Origin: an uncultured Burkholderiales bacterium
GTDB taxonomy: Bacteria; Actinomycetota; Acidimicrobiia; IMCC26256; JAGPDB01
Direction of reading: 5' to 3'
DNA length: 64,000 nucleotides
NCBI GenBank assembly: GCA_964561855.1
Contig: CAZLQP010000002.1
Location: 99 to 64,098, forward strand
The translations under genes were made by a program, and so were the position numbers. Positions 18,746-27,063 of the stretch are shown in pieces. Under the pieces are notes generated by a model. That model was given only the letters and a program-made list of their open reading frames with translations. It was not told the origin of the DNA and did no database searches. How positions within the stretch are numbered: the stretch's first letter is position 1; every line of letters starts with the position of its first letter.

Positions 18746-20049
18746 TTTTCCCCCAATTTATTTTCATCCATTCTTGCCACTGAACTCATCGCGTGACCAG
18801 TTAAGCCTTCCATTTCACCGAATACTGCTGACAAAGGTGCGAGTTTGAGATATGCCTCTTCGTTAATCTCAATTATTGATGTCCTTTTCATAAATGAATT
18901 GGCACTAAGACCTGATGTAAATCGTGCAGTTGAATTAGTTGGCAAAACATGACTTGGTCCAGCAACAAAATCTCCTAGCGGCTCAGCGGAATACTTTCCT
19001 ACGAACACTGCTCCAGCATTGAATACGTTTTGCGCATCTTGTGCTGCATTTTCTGTTATAACTTCAACGTGTTCTGGAGCACATTGATTTGTTATTTCGA
19101 TTGCTTGACTAATTTCATCGACCAAAACTAAATATATTGACTCTTTGAATACCTTTTCAAAGCCTGGATTGTCTTTTATCTTTGATTTCAACTCATTCAA
19201 TTTGGTCTCTGTTTCTTCGATTAGAGTCCGAGAGTTTGTAAGCAAAACTGATGATTCAAAACCTGAACCGTGTTCTGCCTGGGCTACAAGATCACATGCG
19301 ACACAATACGGATCAGCACTGTCATCGGCAATCACAAAGACTTCACTCGGACCTGCAACCATATCAATACCTACAGTTCCACAAAGAAGTTTCTTAGCAG
19401 TTGCCACGAAACTATTTCCTGGCCCACAAATGAAATCTGCCCGCTTTATGGTTTGGGTTCCATAAGCTAGTGCCGCTATTCCTTGTGCTCCTCCCACAAA
19501 CACAACTTCTGTAACTCCAGAAGCGTACGCAGCATAAGCAACTGCAGGATTCAGTTCTTGCTCTTTTGGAGAAGTTATCATCACGATTTCTTTTACTCCA
19601 ACAGCTTTTGCGATTGCTGCTGTGTGAATTGCAGTTGACACTAAAGGAAAGGAACCCTGCGGAACATAGCATGCAACTCTGTTAAATGGATAGAAATTCT
19701 CTCCTACAACTTGACCTTGAGCTGCGCTTTTCTTCCAGCTTCTCGGCATTGATTCAGAAGCTACGAAAGTAACATTTTCAATTGCTACATCTATCGCTTC
19801 TACTTCAATTTTTCTTAGTTGTGATTTAGTTCTTTGCACATACTCGCCAAGTTCTTCGCGATCCATAATTTGAGGTGAAGAAATCTCAATAGAATCGAAT
19901 TTCAATGTGTAATCACAAAGCGCTTTGTCTCCTTTGTTTCTGACATTTTGTAGAATTTCACTCACAGTTTCATCTACCACTGAACTGCTCGACGATCGCG
20001 TAAGCACTTCAAAAATCTCATTTGTGTTTTGTTTTTCAATAATTTTCAT
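18742..20049 (-). CDS. hisD: Histidinol dehydrogenase
   Basis: 435 aa with a typical HisD layout (GGAQGIAALAYGT, AQAEHG, GDFVAGPSHVLPT). A GGAG Shine-Dalgarno sits 8 nt upstream of the ATG. Confidence 0.9.
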   Translation of the reverse strand: MKIIEKQNTNEIFEVLTRSSSSSVVDETVSEILQNVRNKGDKALCDYTLKFDSIEISSPQIMDREELGEYVQRTKSQLRKIEVEAIDVAIENVTFVASESMPRSWKKSAAQGQVVGENFYPFNRVACYVPQGSFPLVSTAIHTAAIAKAVGVKEIVMITSPKEQELNPAVAYAAYASGVTEVVFVGGAQGIAALAYGTQTIKRADFICGPGNSFVATAKKLLCGTVGIDMVAGPSEVFVIADDSADPYCVACDLVAQAEHGSGFESSVLLTNSRTLIEETETKLNELKSKIKDNPGFEKVFKESIYLVLVDEISQAIEITNQCAPEHVEVITENAAQDAQNVFNAGAVFVGKYSAEPLGDFVAGPSHVLPTNSTARFTSGLSANSFMKRTSIIEINEEAYLKLAPLSAVFGEMEGLTGHAMSSVARMDENKLGEK

Positions 20050-20101
20050 CTAAATCTCCGGAATTAATAAACAGTCCTAATACGTTAGCGGGTATTTAGA
20101 T

Positions 20102-20129
20102 AAAAAAAGACCCGCCTATTTTGGCGGGC
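20102..20129 (-). terminator. Intrinsic terminator / attenuator hairpin of the his leader
   Basis: The minus strand reads GCCCGCC-AAAAUA-GGCGGGU followed by C and U7. It lies 26 nt after the leader-peptide stop and about 55 nt before the hisD ATG. Confidence 0.75.
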
Positions 20130-20158
20130 AATGTACACAGATATGCGAAGTTACCCAC

Positions 20159-20206
20159 CTAGTTATGGTGGTGATGATGAACTTCGGTGAAAAATGTCTG
20201 TGTCAT
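20159..20206 (-). CDS. Histidine operon leader peptide MTQTFFTEVHHHHHN (15 aa)
   Basis: The minus strand reads ATG ACA CAG ACA TTT TTC ACC GAA GUU CAT CAT CAC CAC CAT AAC TAG, with five consecutive His codons. It is below the 60-aa cutoff of the ORF track. It is positioned between a promoter and a terminator upstream of hisD. Confidence 0.7.
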   Translation of the reverse strand: MTQTFFTEVHHHHHN

Positions 20207-20214
20207 GGATTTCA

Positions 20215-20243
20215 AGTATAAGCCTCAACCTCACACCTGTCAA
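20215..20243 (-). promoter_or_regulatory. Sigma-70/SigA-type promoter of the his leader (TTGACA-17-TATACT)
   Basis: On the minus strand, TTGACA is at 20243-20238, followed by a 17-nt spacer and TATACT at 20220-20215. Only 8 nt without a Shine-Dalgarno precede the leader ATG, which implies a leaderless or near-leaderless transcript. Confidence 0.55.
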
Positions 20244-20251
20244 CCGGAGCA

Positions 20252-20318
20252 ACCGGAGGACTGACCCTCCAAATGCGACAAATCGCTTTTGTACCTTTTG
20301 GAGGGTCAGTCCTCCGGT
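20252..20318. repeat. Family-2 hairpin repeat (22-nt arms, 22-nt loop)
   Basis: The arms ACCGGAGGACTGACCCTCCAAA and TTTGGAGGGTCAGTCCTCCGGT are perfectly complementary. The right arm contains the last codons and the stop of xth (..PED*). Related copies lie at 39968-40035 and 59608-59642. Confidence 0.9.
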
Positions 20319-21112
20319 GAAGCGAGTTCGATGGAGACGGGGCAATGGTCTGATCCTTTTACATCCATATGAACTTGAGGATTGCTCACCTTATCTAAAA
20401 GGTCACTACTTACCATCCAATAGTCAATCCGCCAACCTACGTTTCGCTCTCTAGCCATCGCAAAGTGCGACCACCAAGAATAGACCTCTGTTACATCAGG
20501 ATTGAAATGTCTGTATGTATCTACAAAACCAGCTTCAACCAAATTAGTAAATCCTTGTCGCTCTTCATCTGTAAAACCATGTTTACCTACATTGCGTTTA
20601 GGGTTCGCCAAATCAATTTCTTGATGAGCAACGTTTAAATCTCCACAAAACAAAACGGGCTTTGCCATCTGTAGAAACTTCATGTACTCCAGAAATGCAC
20701 AATCCCAATGTTTCTCTCTTAAAACTAAACGGCCTAAATCTCCTTTGGCATTTGGAGTATAAACAGTCGTTACAAAGTAATCATCAAATTCTAAAGTTAA
20801 GACTCTTCCTTCAGAATTCGTATCTCCAAATTCATCAGCTAGTTGATACTTCGATGCAATTTCAATCGGAATGTCTCTAGAAACTGATATCGGTTTGACT
20901 TTAGTGAAAATTGCAGTACCGCTATATCCTTTTTTTTGAGCGCTGTTAAAATATTCGACATATTGTGGATAGTCGATGTCAACTTGGTCTCGATTAGCTT
21001 TGGTTTCTTGTAAGCATAAAATATCTGGATCATGAGCGTCTAAAAAGTCATCGAATGCACCTTTGTTAATTACTGCTCGAATTCCATTTACATTCCAAGA
21101 ATAAAGTTTCAT
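20306..21112 (-). CDS. xth: Exodeoxyribonuclease III
   Basis: 268 aa with LCLQETK, a GDLNVAH-type motif (CGDLNVAHQEID) and a C-terminal SDHCPV. Confidence 0.9.
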   Translation of the reverse strand: MKLYSWNVNGIRAVINKGAFDDFLDAHDPDILCLQETKANRDQVDIDYPQYVEYFNSAQKKGYSGTAIFTKVKPISVSRDIPIEIASKYQLADEFGDTNSEGRVLTLEFDDYFVTTVYTPNAKGDLGRLVLREKHWDCAFLEYMKFLQMAKPVLFCGDLNVAHQEIDLANPKRNVGKHGFTDEERQGFTNLVEAGFVDTYRHFNPDVTEVYSWWSHFAMARERNVGWRIDYWMVSSDLLDKVSNPQVHMDVKGSDHCPVSIELASPED

Positions 21113-21268
21113 TATCGGTCGCGATCCCTTCGACTATCAACACTTAGTCACGTTATAGGTTATCCGCTCTATCGCACCATTTACCGACAGAACGCGAAAA
21201 CAACTACATCGTGGCTTAATAGGAACCAGATATGGATTAAGCATGATGATTTAACCTACACTGACAAT

Positions 21269-21772
21269 ATGTCATCTTTGGAAGATCTATATCGCGAAGT
21301 TATTCTGGATCATTATCGTTCACCTAGAAATCGTGGGGAACTCGCAACTCCTCCTGCAATAAAGTCTGAAGGGAAAAATCCTGTTTGTGGTGACGAATTA
21401 ACTCTTTTCGTTGAGATCGAAAATGGAGTTGTTAAAGATGTAAAAATGTCCGGTGTAGGCTGCTCGATTTCACAAGCAAGTGCTTCAATGATGACCAATT
21501 CAATAAAAGGAAAAGACACCACCTATGCGAGAGATCTGATAAAAAAGTTCAAGACTCTGATGGACATCCATGAAACCAACCTCGACAGTGAAAATAAAAA
21601 ACCAGATACTCCGAATGAACTAGCAACAGAACTAGGTGAATTATCTGCGCTTACCGGTGTTGTTAAATTCCCTGTTCGCATAAAGTGCGCAACGTTATCT
21701 TTCAATACATTGTCCAACGCCTTAGAAGCTTACGAAAATGATTCGGACCCTCAGACAGCGTCAACAGAATGA
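21269..21772 (+). CDS. sufU: SUF-type Fe-S scaffold protein SufU/IscU-like
   Basis: 167 aa with YREVILDHYRSPRN, NPVCGD, GCSISQASAS and a C-terminal Cys (IKCATLS). Confidence 0.85.
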   Translation: MSSLEDLYREVILDHYRSPRNRGELATPPAIKSEGKNPVCGDELTLFVEIENGVVKDVKMSGVGCSISQASASMMTNSIKGKDTTYARDLIKKFKTLMDIHETNLDSENKKPDTPNELATELGELSALTGVVKFPVRIKCATLSFNTLSNALEAYENDSDPQTASTE

Positions 21773-21948
21773 CTTTTACCCGATTCACCCAGCTCAGGGG
21801 CTACTTTTCGTGAAATGTCGCATACGTGGAATAGCATGGTTATTATCAACGTTTTATGCAGAACTAATAAAAGTTCCAATTGACTATCGACAAAAAGGAC
21901 ATTTTGGTACAGAATAAAGACAACGCCCAACTAGAAAAGGACAGCGCT

Positions 21949-22113
21949 ATGGAAAATGCGACTCTGTTACTGCTCATCGATTCAAAACTAGATGAAATGA
22001 AAAGTAGAGAAATGGTTTCTGGCGCCGAAGTTGTAGATTTTCTTCTAGATCTTCGTAATGCAGCAAAATCTGCTCCACACGAAGATGTTCCTGGAGAGCT
22101 CATATCTAACTAA
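21949..22113 (+). CDS. Hypothetical small protein (54 aa; a 77-aa version from TTG 21880 is possible)
   Basis: The ORF is on the same strand as its neighbours. The ATG at 21949 has an AAGGA 9 nt upstream. The antisense Ser-rich ORF 21864..22103 looks spurious. No family recognised. Confidence 0.35.
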   Translation: MENATLLLLIDSKLDEMKSREMVSGAEVVDFLLDLRNAAKSAPHEDVPGELISN

Positions 22114-22156
22114 CAATCTCGGCTAACATAGGCTACGTAACTACGTCGCCTATGGA

Positions 22157-23176
22157 ATGATGCCGTTGAAAAAAGTTTTAAAAACTCGAATTTTTTGGGG
22201 TAGTACCTCTACTGCAATTGTTTTGATAGCAATTATTGCACTTGGCGTATTTTTAAGAGAGCCAGTTGCTGCACAAGATGATGAAATTGTAACAACTACT
22301 ACGCAAACATCCTCTACAACAACTACCACTACTCTCCCTCCGAAGTTTATCCAACCCGTACCAGCTAATCTTCCTTTGTTAGCAGAAGGAGAATCAATTG
22401 GGCCTGGTTCAAACAATCCCAATATCTCACTTTATGAACAAAGACTTTCAGATCTAAAAATTGATCCAGGACCAATAGACAATAAATATGACCAAAAAAC
22501 TGTTTATGCAATTCATGCAGTTCAAAAATTAAAAGGTTTAGAACGAAACGGTCGGATAAATAATGATGTTATAAAAGCATTGAATGAATTCCAATATGAT
22601 GAACCACTCATTAAAGATGGTGAAGCCAACCGCATGGAAGTAAACATCGAAAATCAAGTTGGTATTTATTATCACGACCATCAAGTTAGATTGATAACAT
22701 CAGTATCAACCGGACGTGGTGGACCATATAGTTACGTTTCCAAATCAACAGGACGACGTGTTAACTCTGTAGCGAATACTCCAACAGGAAGATTCGAGTT
22801 CCAACGCCAAATTAATGGATGGAGAGATGCAGATCTTGGAATGCTGTACAAGCCAATTTATTTCAAAGGTGGAATAGCTGTACACGGATATAAGTCTATT
22901 CCTACGACAGCTGCGAGCAGTGGCTGTGTAAGAATTCCGATGCATGTCGCGGAATACTTTTTAGATATCGCCTCTATTGGAGATGCAATATATGTAATTG
23001 CTAATCGAGATATTCCTTATGTCGCTGATCGAGTTGGTCCTGTAGTCACAACTGTGCCGCCTATTGAGACTGAACAAACTACAACAACTGTAAAATCGAC
23101 AACCACAAAGCCAGCTACAACAACGACTACCCCATCAACTTCTACGACTACAACTACTGAAGCTCCAACCCCATAG
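22157..23176 (+). CDS. L,D-transpeptidase (YkuD domain) with peptidoglycan-binding domain and Thr-rich linkers
   Basis: 339 aa with an N-terminal TM/signal anchor and the catalytic motif GIAVHGY...SSGCVRIP. Poly-Thr tracts flank the domains. Confidence 0.8.
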   Translation: MMPLKKVLKTRIFWGSTSTAIVLIAIIALGVFLREPVAAQDDEIVTTTTQTSSTTTTTTLPPKFIQPVPANLPLLAEGESIGPGSNNPNISLYEQRLSDLKIDPGPIDNKYDQKTVYAIHAVQKLKGLERNGRINNDVIKALNEFQYDEPLIKDGEANRMEVNIENQVGIYYHDHQVRLITSVSTGRGGPYSYVSKSTGRRVNSVANTPTGRFEFQRQINGWRDADLGMLYKPIYFKGGIAVHGYKSIPTTAASSGCVRIPMHVAEYFLDIASIGDAIYVIANRDIPYVADRVGPVVTTVPPIETEQTTTTVKSTTTKPATTTTTPSTSTTTTTEAPTP

Positions 23177-23177
23177 T

Positions 23178-23888
23178 CTAAGCATTTATTAGATTCTCAT
23201 ATCCTTGTTTCTCAAGCTGCTCTGCAAGTTCATAGCCTCCAGATTGAACAACTTTCCCTTGAGCAAAAATATGCACATGTGTCGGTTTAAGGTATTTAAG
23301 TAATCGGTCATAGTGAGTAATCGCAATCACGCCGAGCTGTCTTTGTTGCACTAAAGTATTAATTCTCTCAGCAATAATTTTCAAAGCATCTACATCTAGC
23401 CCTGAATCGATTTCGTCTAATATTGCATATTTAGCATTACTAACTGCAAGCTGTAGAGCTTCCATTCGTTTTCTTTCGCCACCAGAAAATTCATCATTGA
23501 CTCCTCTTTGCAAGAATGATTCTTCTAATTCAAGCTCTTTTGCCTCTGAATCAATCTGTTCTGAGACATCGCCATAAACGGCTCCCATTAAAGTCGCAAC
23601 AGGTACACCTGGAACTTCAACTGGATATTGCATTGTTGCAAAAATTCCATTTCTTGCCCTCTCGTGAGTAGGCATATTTTGGATTTCGGTTCCATCAACA
23701 AGAATCTTTCCGCTTGTAATTTCGTAGTTCGGATTTCCCATCACGGCGTGTGTGAGTGTCGATTTTCCAGATCCATTAGGCCCCATAACTGCATGAATTT
23801 CACCAGGGTTAACTCTTAAAGTCGTGCCATGTAGTAATTCTTTATCTTCATTTGCGAGCTTCACGTATAGATCATTTATTTCAAACAT
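23178..23888 (-). CDS. sufC: Fe-S cluster assembly ATPase SufC (paralog 2, shorter)
   Basis: 236 aa with Walker A GPNGSGKST, FSGGERKR, LDEIDSGLD and ITHY. It is the last gene of the sufB-sufD-Rieske-sufC cluster. Confidence 0.85.
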   Translation of the reverse strand: MFEINDLYVKLANEDKELLHGTTLRVNPGEIHAVMGPNGSGKSTLTHAVMGNPNYEITSGKILVDGTEIQNMPTHERARNGIFATMQYPVEVPGVPVATLMGAVYGDVSEQIDSEAKELELEESFLQRGVNDEFSGGERKRMEALQLAVSNAKYAILDEIDSGLDVDALKIIAERINTLVQQRQLGVIAITHYDRLLKYLKPTHVHIFAQGKVVQSGGYELAEQLEKQGYENLINA

Positions 23889-24198
23889 CGTCTTCTTCTT
23901 TCACGAAAATCTTTCCATCTTCAACTACAACGTCATAGCTAGATACAGGTTGCGTTGCCGGAAGCGATTTTGGATTTCCTGTCTTAACATCAAAAATGGC
24001 GCCGTGCTTAGGGCATTCGATTTCGCATTCATCGGTATCTAAAATACCTTCTGATAGTGAAAAATCTGCATGTGAACAACGATCATCAATTACATAAATA
24101 TCGCCTTCGATGTTAATTAAACATAATCTGTAGTTCTCTACATCTACTCTTTTTGACGTTCCTGATGGAATCTCTTCAATATTACAAAGTTCAATCAT
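23881..24198 (-). CDS. Rieske [2Fe-2S] ferredoxin-like protein
   Basis: 105 aa with the Rieske ligands CSH and CPKHG. It is embedded between sufD and sufC with overlapping stop and start codons. Confidence 0.8.
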   Translation of the reverse strand: MIELCNIEEIPSGTSKRVDVENYRLCLINIEGDIYVIDDRCSHADFSLSEGILDTDECEIECPKHGAIFDVKTGNPKSLPATQPVSSYDVVVEDGKIFVKEEDDV

Positions 24199-25544
24199 TT
24201 TTCTGTGGCCCTCTTAGCTTCTAACGAAGAGATTTTCTCATTAACACTTCGGCGTAGGGGCTCGATTAAAGCTGGGATACTTAATCTAGAAAAAACATCT
24301 TCAAAGAAACCAAGCACAATGATTTTCTCTGCATCTTGAGGTGTAACTCCTCTGGTTCCCAGATAGTACATTTGTTCTTCATCGATCGGACCGACAGTAG
24401 ATCCATGAGAGCACTGCACTTCATTGGCTTCAATCTTCAAATTAGGTATCGATTCTGCTTGCGCTCCATGATCTAAAACTAGGTTCTTGTTAGTTTGAAA
24501 CGCTTGAGTATGTTGAGCTTGGGGATGGATATGTATCAATCCTGAATAGACGCTTCGCGCTTGGTCTTCCACTGCACCTTTGAACAACAAGTTCGAATAA
24601 GTATGCTCCGCACGATGGTCTTGTAAAGTACGAAAATCAAGCATTTGTTCATTATTTCCATAATAAACAGCCATCACATCGCTTTGGGCACCTTTACCCT
24701 TTAGAACTACTTCTCCTCGATGGCGAGCATACTTACCACCTAAAGCTATAGTCGAAGATTGAAACTGAGCATCTCGATCAATTGAACTTCTATGAAGAGC
24801 AATATGAGTTGTGTCTTTTCCTTCTTCTTGTGATGTCAAATATTTGACTTGAGCATTTTGTTCGACAATTACTTCTGTGATTGAGCTAACTAATATTTTC
24901 TGGTCAGAGGATTCGAATCGCTCGATGACACTCACATTCGAATTTTCTTTAGCAACAACAATTGAACGAGGAAATACTGCAATATTCTCCCCATCAATCC
25001 AGTGAACCACAACAATTGGTTTCGGAACTACAACTGATTTGGGAATATTTACATACACTCCACCTGTATTAAGTATTTCGTTCAATAGTGTGAACGCATC
25101 TGAAGATTCGTCAGATAAAGTACCCAAATAGTTAAGTAACTCTTCACTTTGAGCATCATCTATTTCTTCAAGAGCGGAAACAATCACTCCCTTACCTTCA
25201 AGATCTGGATCCAATTTTTGATGAACCACTCGTCCGTCATGTACAACAACTAATGCAGAATGTTCACCTGCTTCCGCAGCAACAATCCCACCTCCAGGAG
25301 ATTTCTGTTCTCCAGGTTTACCGATATCATTAATATCTACAGGACGGTAATGGTTGATATCGAAATCATCGATCTGTGTATAACGCCAAAGTTCTTGAGA
25401 AGAACTAGGCCATTTCAAGTCCCGATTTTGATCTACATACTTTTGTCGCCTGGATTGCAACCAACTAGGACCTGGCAGTGCAACTGAAGCAGCCTCGATC
25501 TCAAACATTGAATCTGATTTGTTAATAGTATCTGGTGGCGTCAT
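24195..25544 (-). CDS. sufD: Fe-S cluster assembly protein SufD
   Basis: 449 aa. The SufD-like C-terminal beta-helix region ends in ..[23 protein letters not shown]. It overlaps sufB by 4 nt. Confidence 0.85.
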   Translation of the reverse strand: MTPPDTINKSDSMFEIEAASVALPGPSWLQSRRQKYVDQNRDLKWPSSSQELWRYTQIDDFDINHYRPVDINDIGKPGEQKSPGGGIVAAEAGEHSALVVVHDGRVVHQKLDPDLEGKGVIVSALEEIDDAQSEELLNYLGTLSDESSDAFTLLNEILNTGGVYVNIPKSVVVPKPIVVVHWIDGENIAVFPRSIVVAKENSNVSVIERFESSDQKILVSSITEVIVEQNAQVKYLTSQEEGKDTTHIALHRSSIDRDAQFQSSTIALGGKYARHRGEVVLKGKGAQSDVMAVYYGNNEQMLDFRTLQDHRAEHTYSNLLFKGAVEDQARSVYSGLIHIHPQAQHTQAFQTNKNLVLDHGAQAESIPNLKIEANEVQCSHGSTVGPIDEEQMYYLGTRGVTPQDAEKIIVLGFFEDVFSRLSIPALIEPLRRSVNEKISSLEAKRATEK

Positions 25545-26941
25545 CCCACCGAACCTTCCATGTTCAGCTCGATCAATCGTGTGAGTTCAACAGCATATTC
25601 CATCGGTAAAGTTCGAGTTACTGGTTCAATAAATCCGTTAACAATCATCGCTGTCGCTTGCTGTTCACTTAATCCTCTAGACATCAAATAGAAGAGTTGA
25701 GCATCTCCTACCTTAGAAACGGTAGCTTCATGGCCGATCTTTGCATCCTTTTCTTCAACTTCCATATAAGGATAAGTATCGCTTCTGGAATCTTCATCCA
25801 AAATCAGCGCGTCACATCGAACATGTGATTTAACGTCGGTTGCACCTTCTTCTACTCGCACTAAACCTCTGTAGGTCGTTCTTCCACCATCTTTTGATAT
25901 AGATTTGGAATCAATAACAGATGTTGTTTCTGCAGCCGCGTGAGTCATCTTTGCACCAGCATCTTGATGCTGGTCTTTTCCTGCATATGCAATAGACAGA
26001 ACTTCGCCATGGGCTTTTCTTCCAGCCAAAACAACTGCGGGATATTTCATAGTAAGTTTTGAACCTAAGTTTCCATCAATCCATTCAACAGTTGCATCTT
26101 CATGAGCTAAAGCGCGTTTTGTAACCAGGTTGTAAACATTTGGTGACCAATTTTGGATTGTGGTGTATCTAATTCTCGCGCTCTTTTTAGCAATCAGTTC
26201 AACAACTGCTGAGTGAAGTGAATCAGTTGTATAAACAGGTGCAGAGCATCCTTCTACATAATGAACGTTAGATCCTTCATCTGCAATGATGAGAGTTCTT
26301 TCGAACTGTCCAGCATTTTCTGAATTGATTCTGAAATATGCTTGTAAAGGCATATCCACAGTGACCCCAGGAGGGACATAAATGAAAGATCCACCTGACC
26401 AAACTGAAGAATTGAGTGCAGCGAACTTATTGTCCCCTGGAGGAATTACTGTTGCAAAATGCTCTTTAACAATATCTTCATGTTCGCGAAGCGCTTGATC
26501 CATTGAACAGAAGATGACACCTTGTTCTTCTAATTCAGCAATGTTTTTATGCATCACAACTTCTGATTCATATTGCGCTGTTACACCTGCAAGATATTTC
26601 TGTTCGGCTTCAGGTAAACCAAGTCGTTCATAAGTAGTTTTCATTTCTTGAGGAAGATCATCCCATTCAGAAACTTGCTTATTCGTAGGTTTTAAGTAGT
26701 AGTAGATATCATCGAAATCAATATCGGGCATGTTTTGAGCAAACCATTTCAGCATTGGTTTTTTCTCAAAGCGCTCTAGGGACTTTAAACGAAAATCTGT
26801 CATCCATTTCGGTTCAGATTTTGAATGAGAAATTTCTTTAACAACTTCTGTGTTCAAGCCTTTTTTAGGCTTGATCTCATAGTCAACTTTGTCTGACCAC
26901 CCTAATTTGTACGATCCAAGATCGATATCAGCTTTTGCCAT
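25541..26941 (-). CDS. sufB: Fe-S cluster assembly protein SufB
   Basis: Highly conserved SufB sequence (..RCDALILD.., [20 protein letters not shown]). The ATG at 26941 has an AAGGGAAG Shine-Dalgarno. The listed GTG at 26959 is probably too far upstream. Confidence 0.9.
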   Translation of the reverse strand: MAKADIDLGSYKLGWSDKVDYEIKPKKGLNTEVVKEISHSKSEPKWMTDFRLKSLERFEKKPMLKWFAQNMPDIDFDDIYYYLKPTNKQVSEWDDLPQEMKTTYERLGLPEAEQKYLAGVTAQYESEVVMHKNIAELEEQGVIFCSMDQALREHEDIVKEHFATVIPPGDNKFAALNSSVWSGGSFIYVPPGVTVDMPLQAYFRINSENAGQFERTLIIADEGSNVHYVEGCSAPVYTTDSLHSAVVELIAKKSARIRYTTIQNWSPNVYNLVTKRALAHEDATVEWIDGNLGSKLTMKYPAVVLAGRKAHGEVLSIAYAGKDQHQDAGAKMTHAAAETTSVIDSKSISKDGGRTTYRGLVRVEEGATDVKSHVRCDALILDEDSRSDTYPYMEVEEKDAKIGHEATVSKVGDAQLFYLMSRGLSEQQATAMIVNGFIEPVTRTLPMEYAVELTRLIELNMEGSVG

Positions 26942-27063
26942 AACTTCCCTTACCTTCACGTAAGTTCCTATTATCTGGCTTGTTATTTAACTTCCAGTAA
27001 GAATCTTCTCTTATATTGTAGTAGTTAAGCTTCTTGATATCTATACCAAGGCATACAAGAAAC

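Noticed and set aside
20163-20454. Listed ORFs 20163..20345 (-) and 20194..20454 (+) in the xth/his-leader spacer.
   Set aside because: They are composed largely of repeat and promoter sequence, have no Shine-Dalgarno, and have odd composition (R/L/S-rich). The region is better explained by the hairpin repeat, the promoter and the 15-codon leader.
22127-22154. A 7-bp inverted repeat CATAGGC...GCCTATG just before the L,D-transpeptidase start.
   Set aside because: It is too short, lacks a U-tract, and has no second copy. I cannot distinguish it from chance.
21864-22422. Ser-rich ORF 21864..22103 (-) and Val-rich ORF 22150..22422 (-).
   Set aside because: Their low-complexity composition mirrors the opposite strand. 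The second is antisense to the Thr-tract of the L,D-transpeptidase (VVVVVV from TTTTTT).
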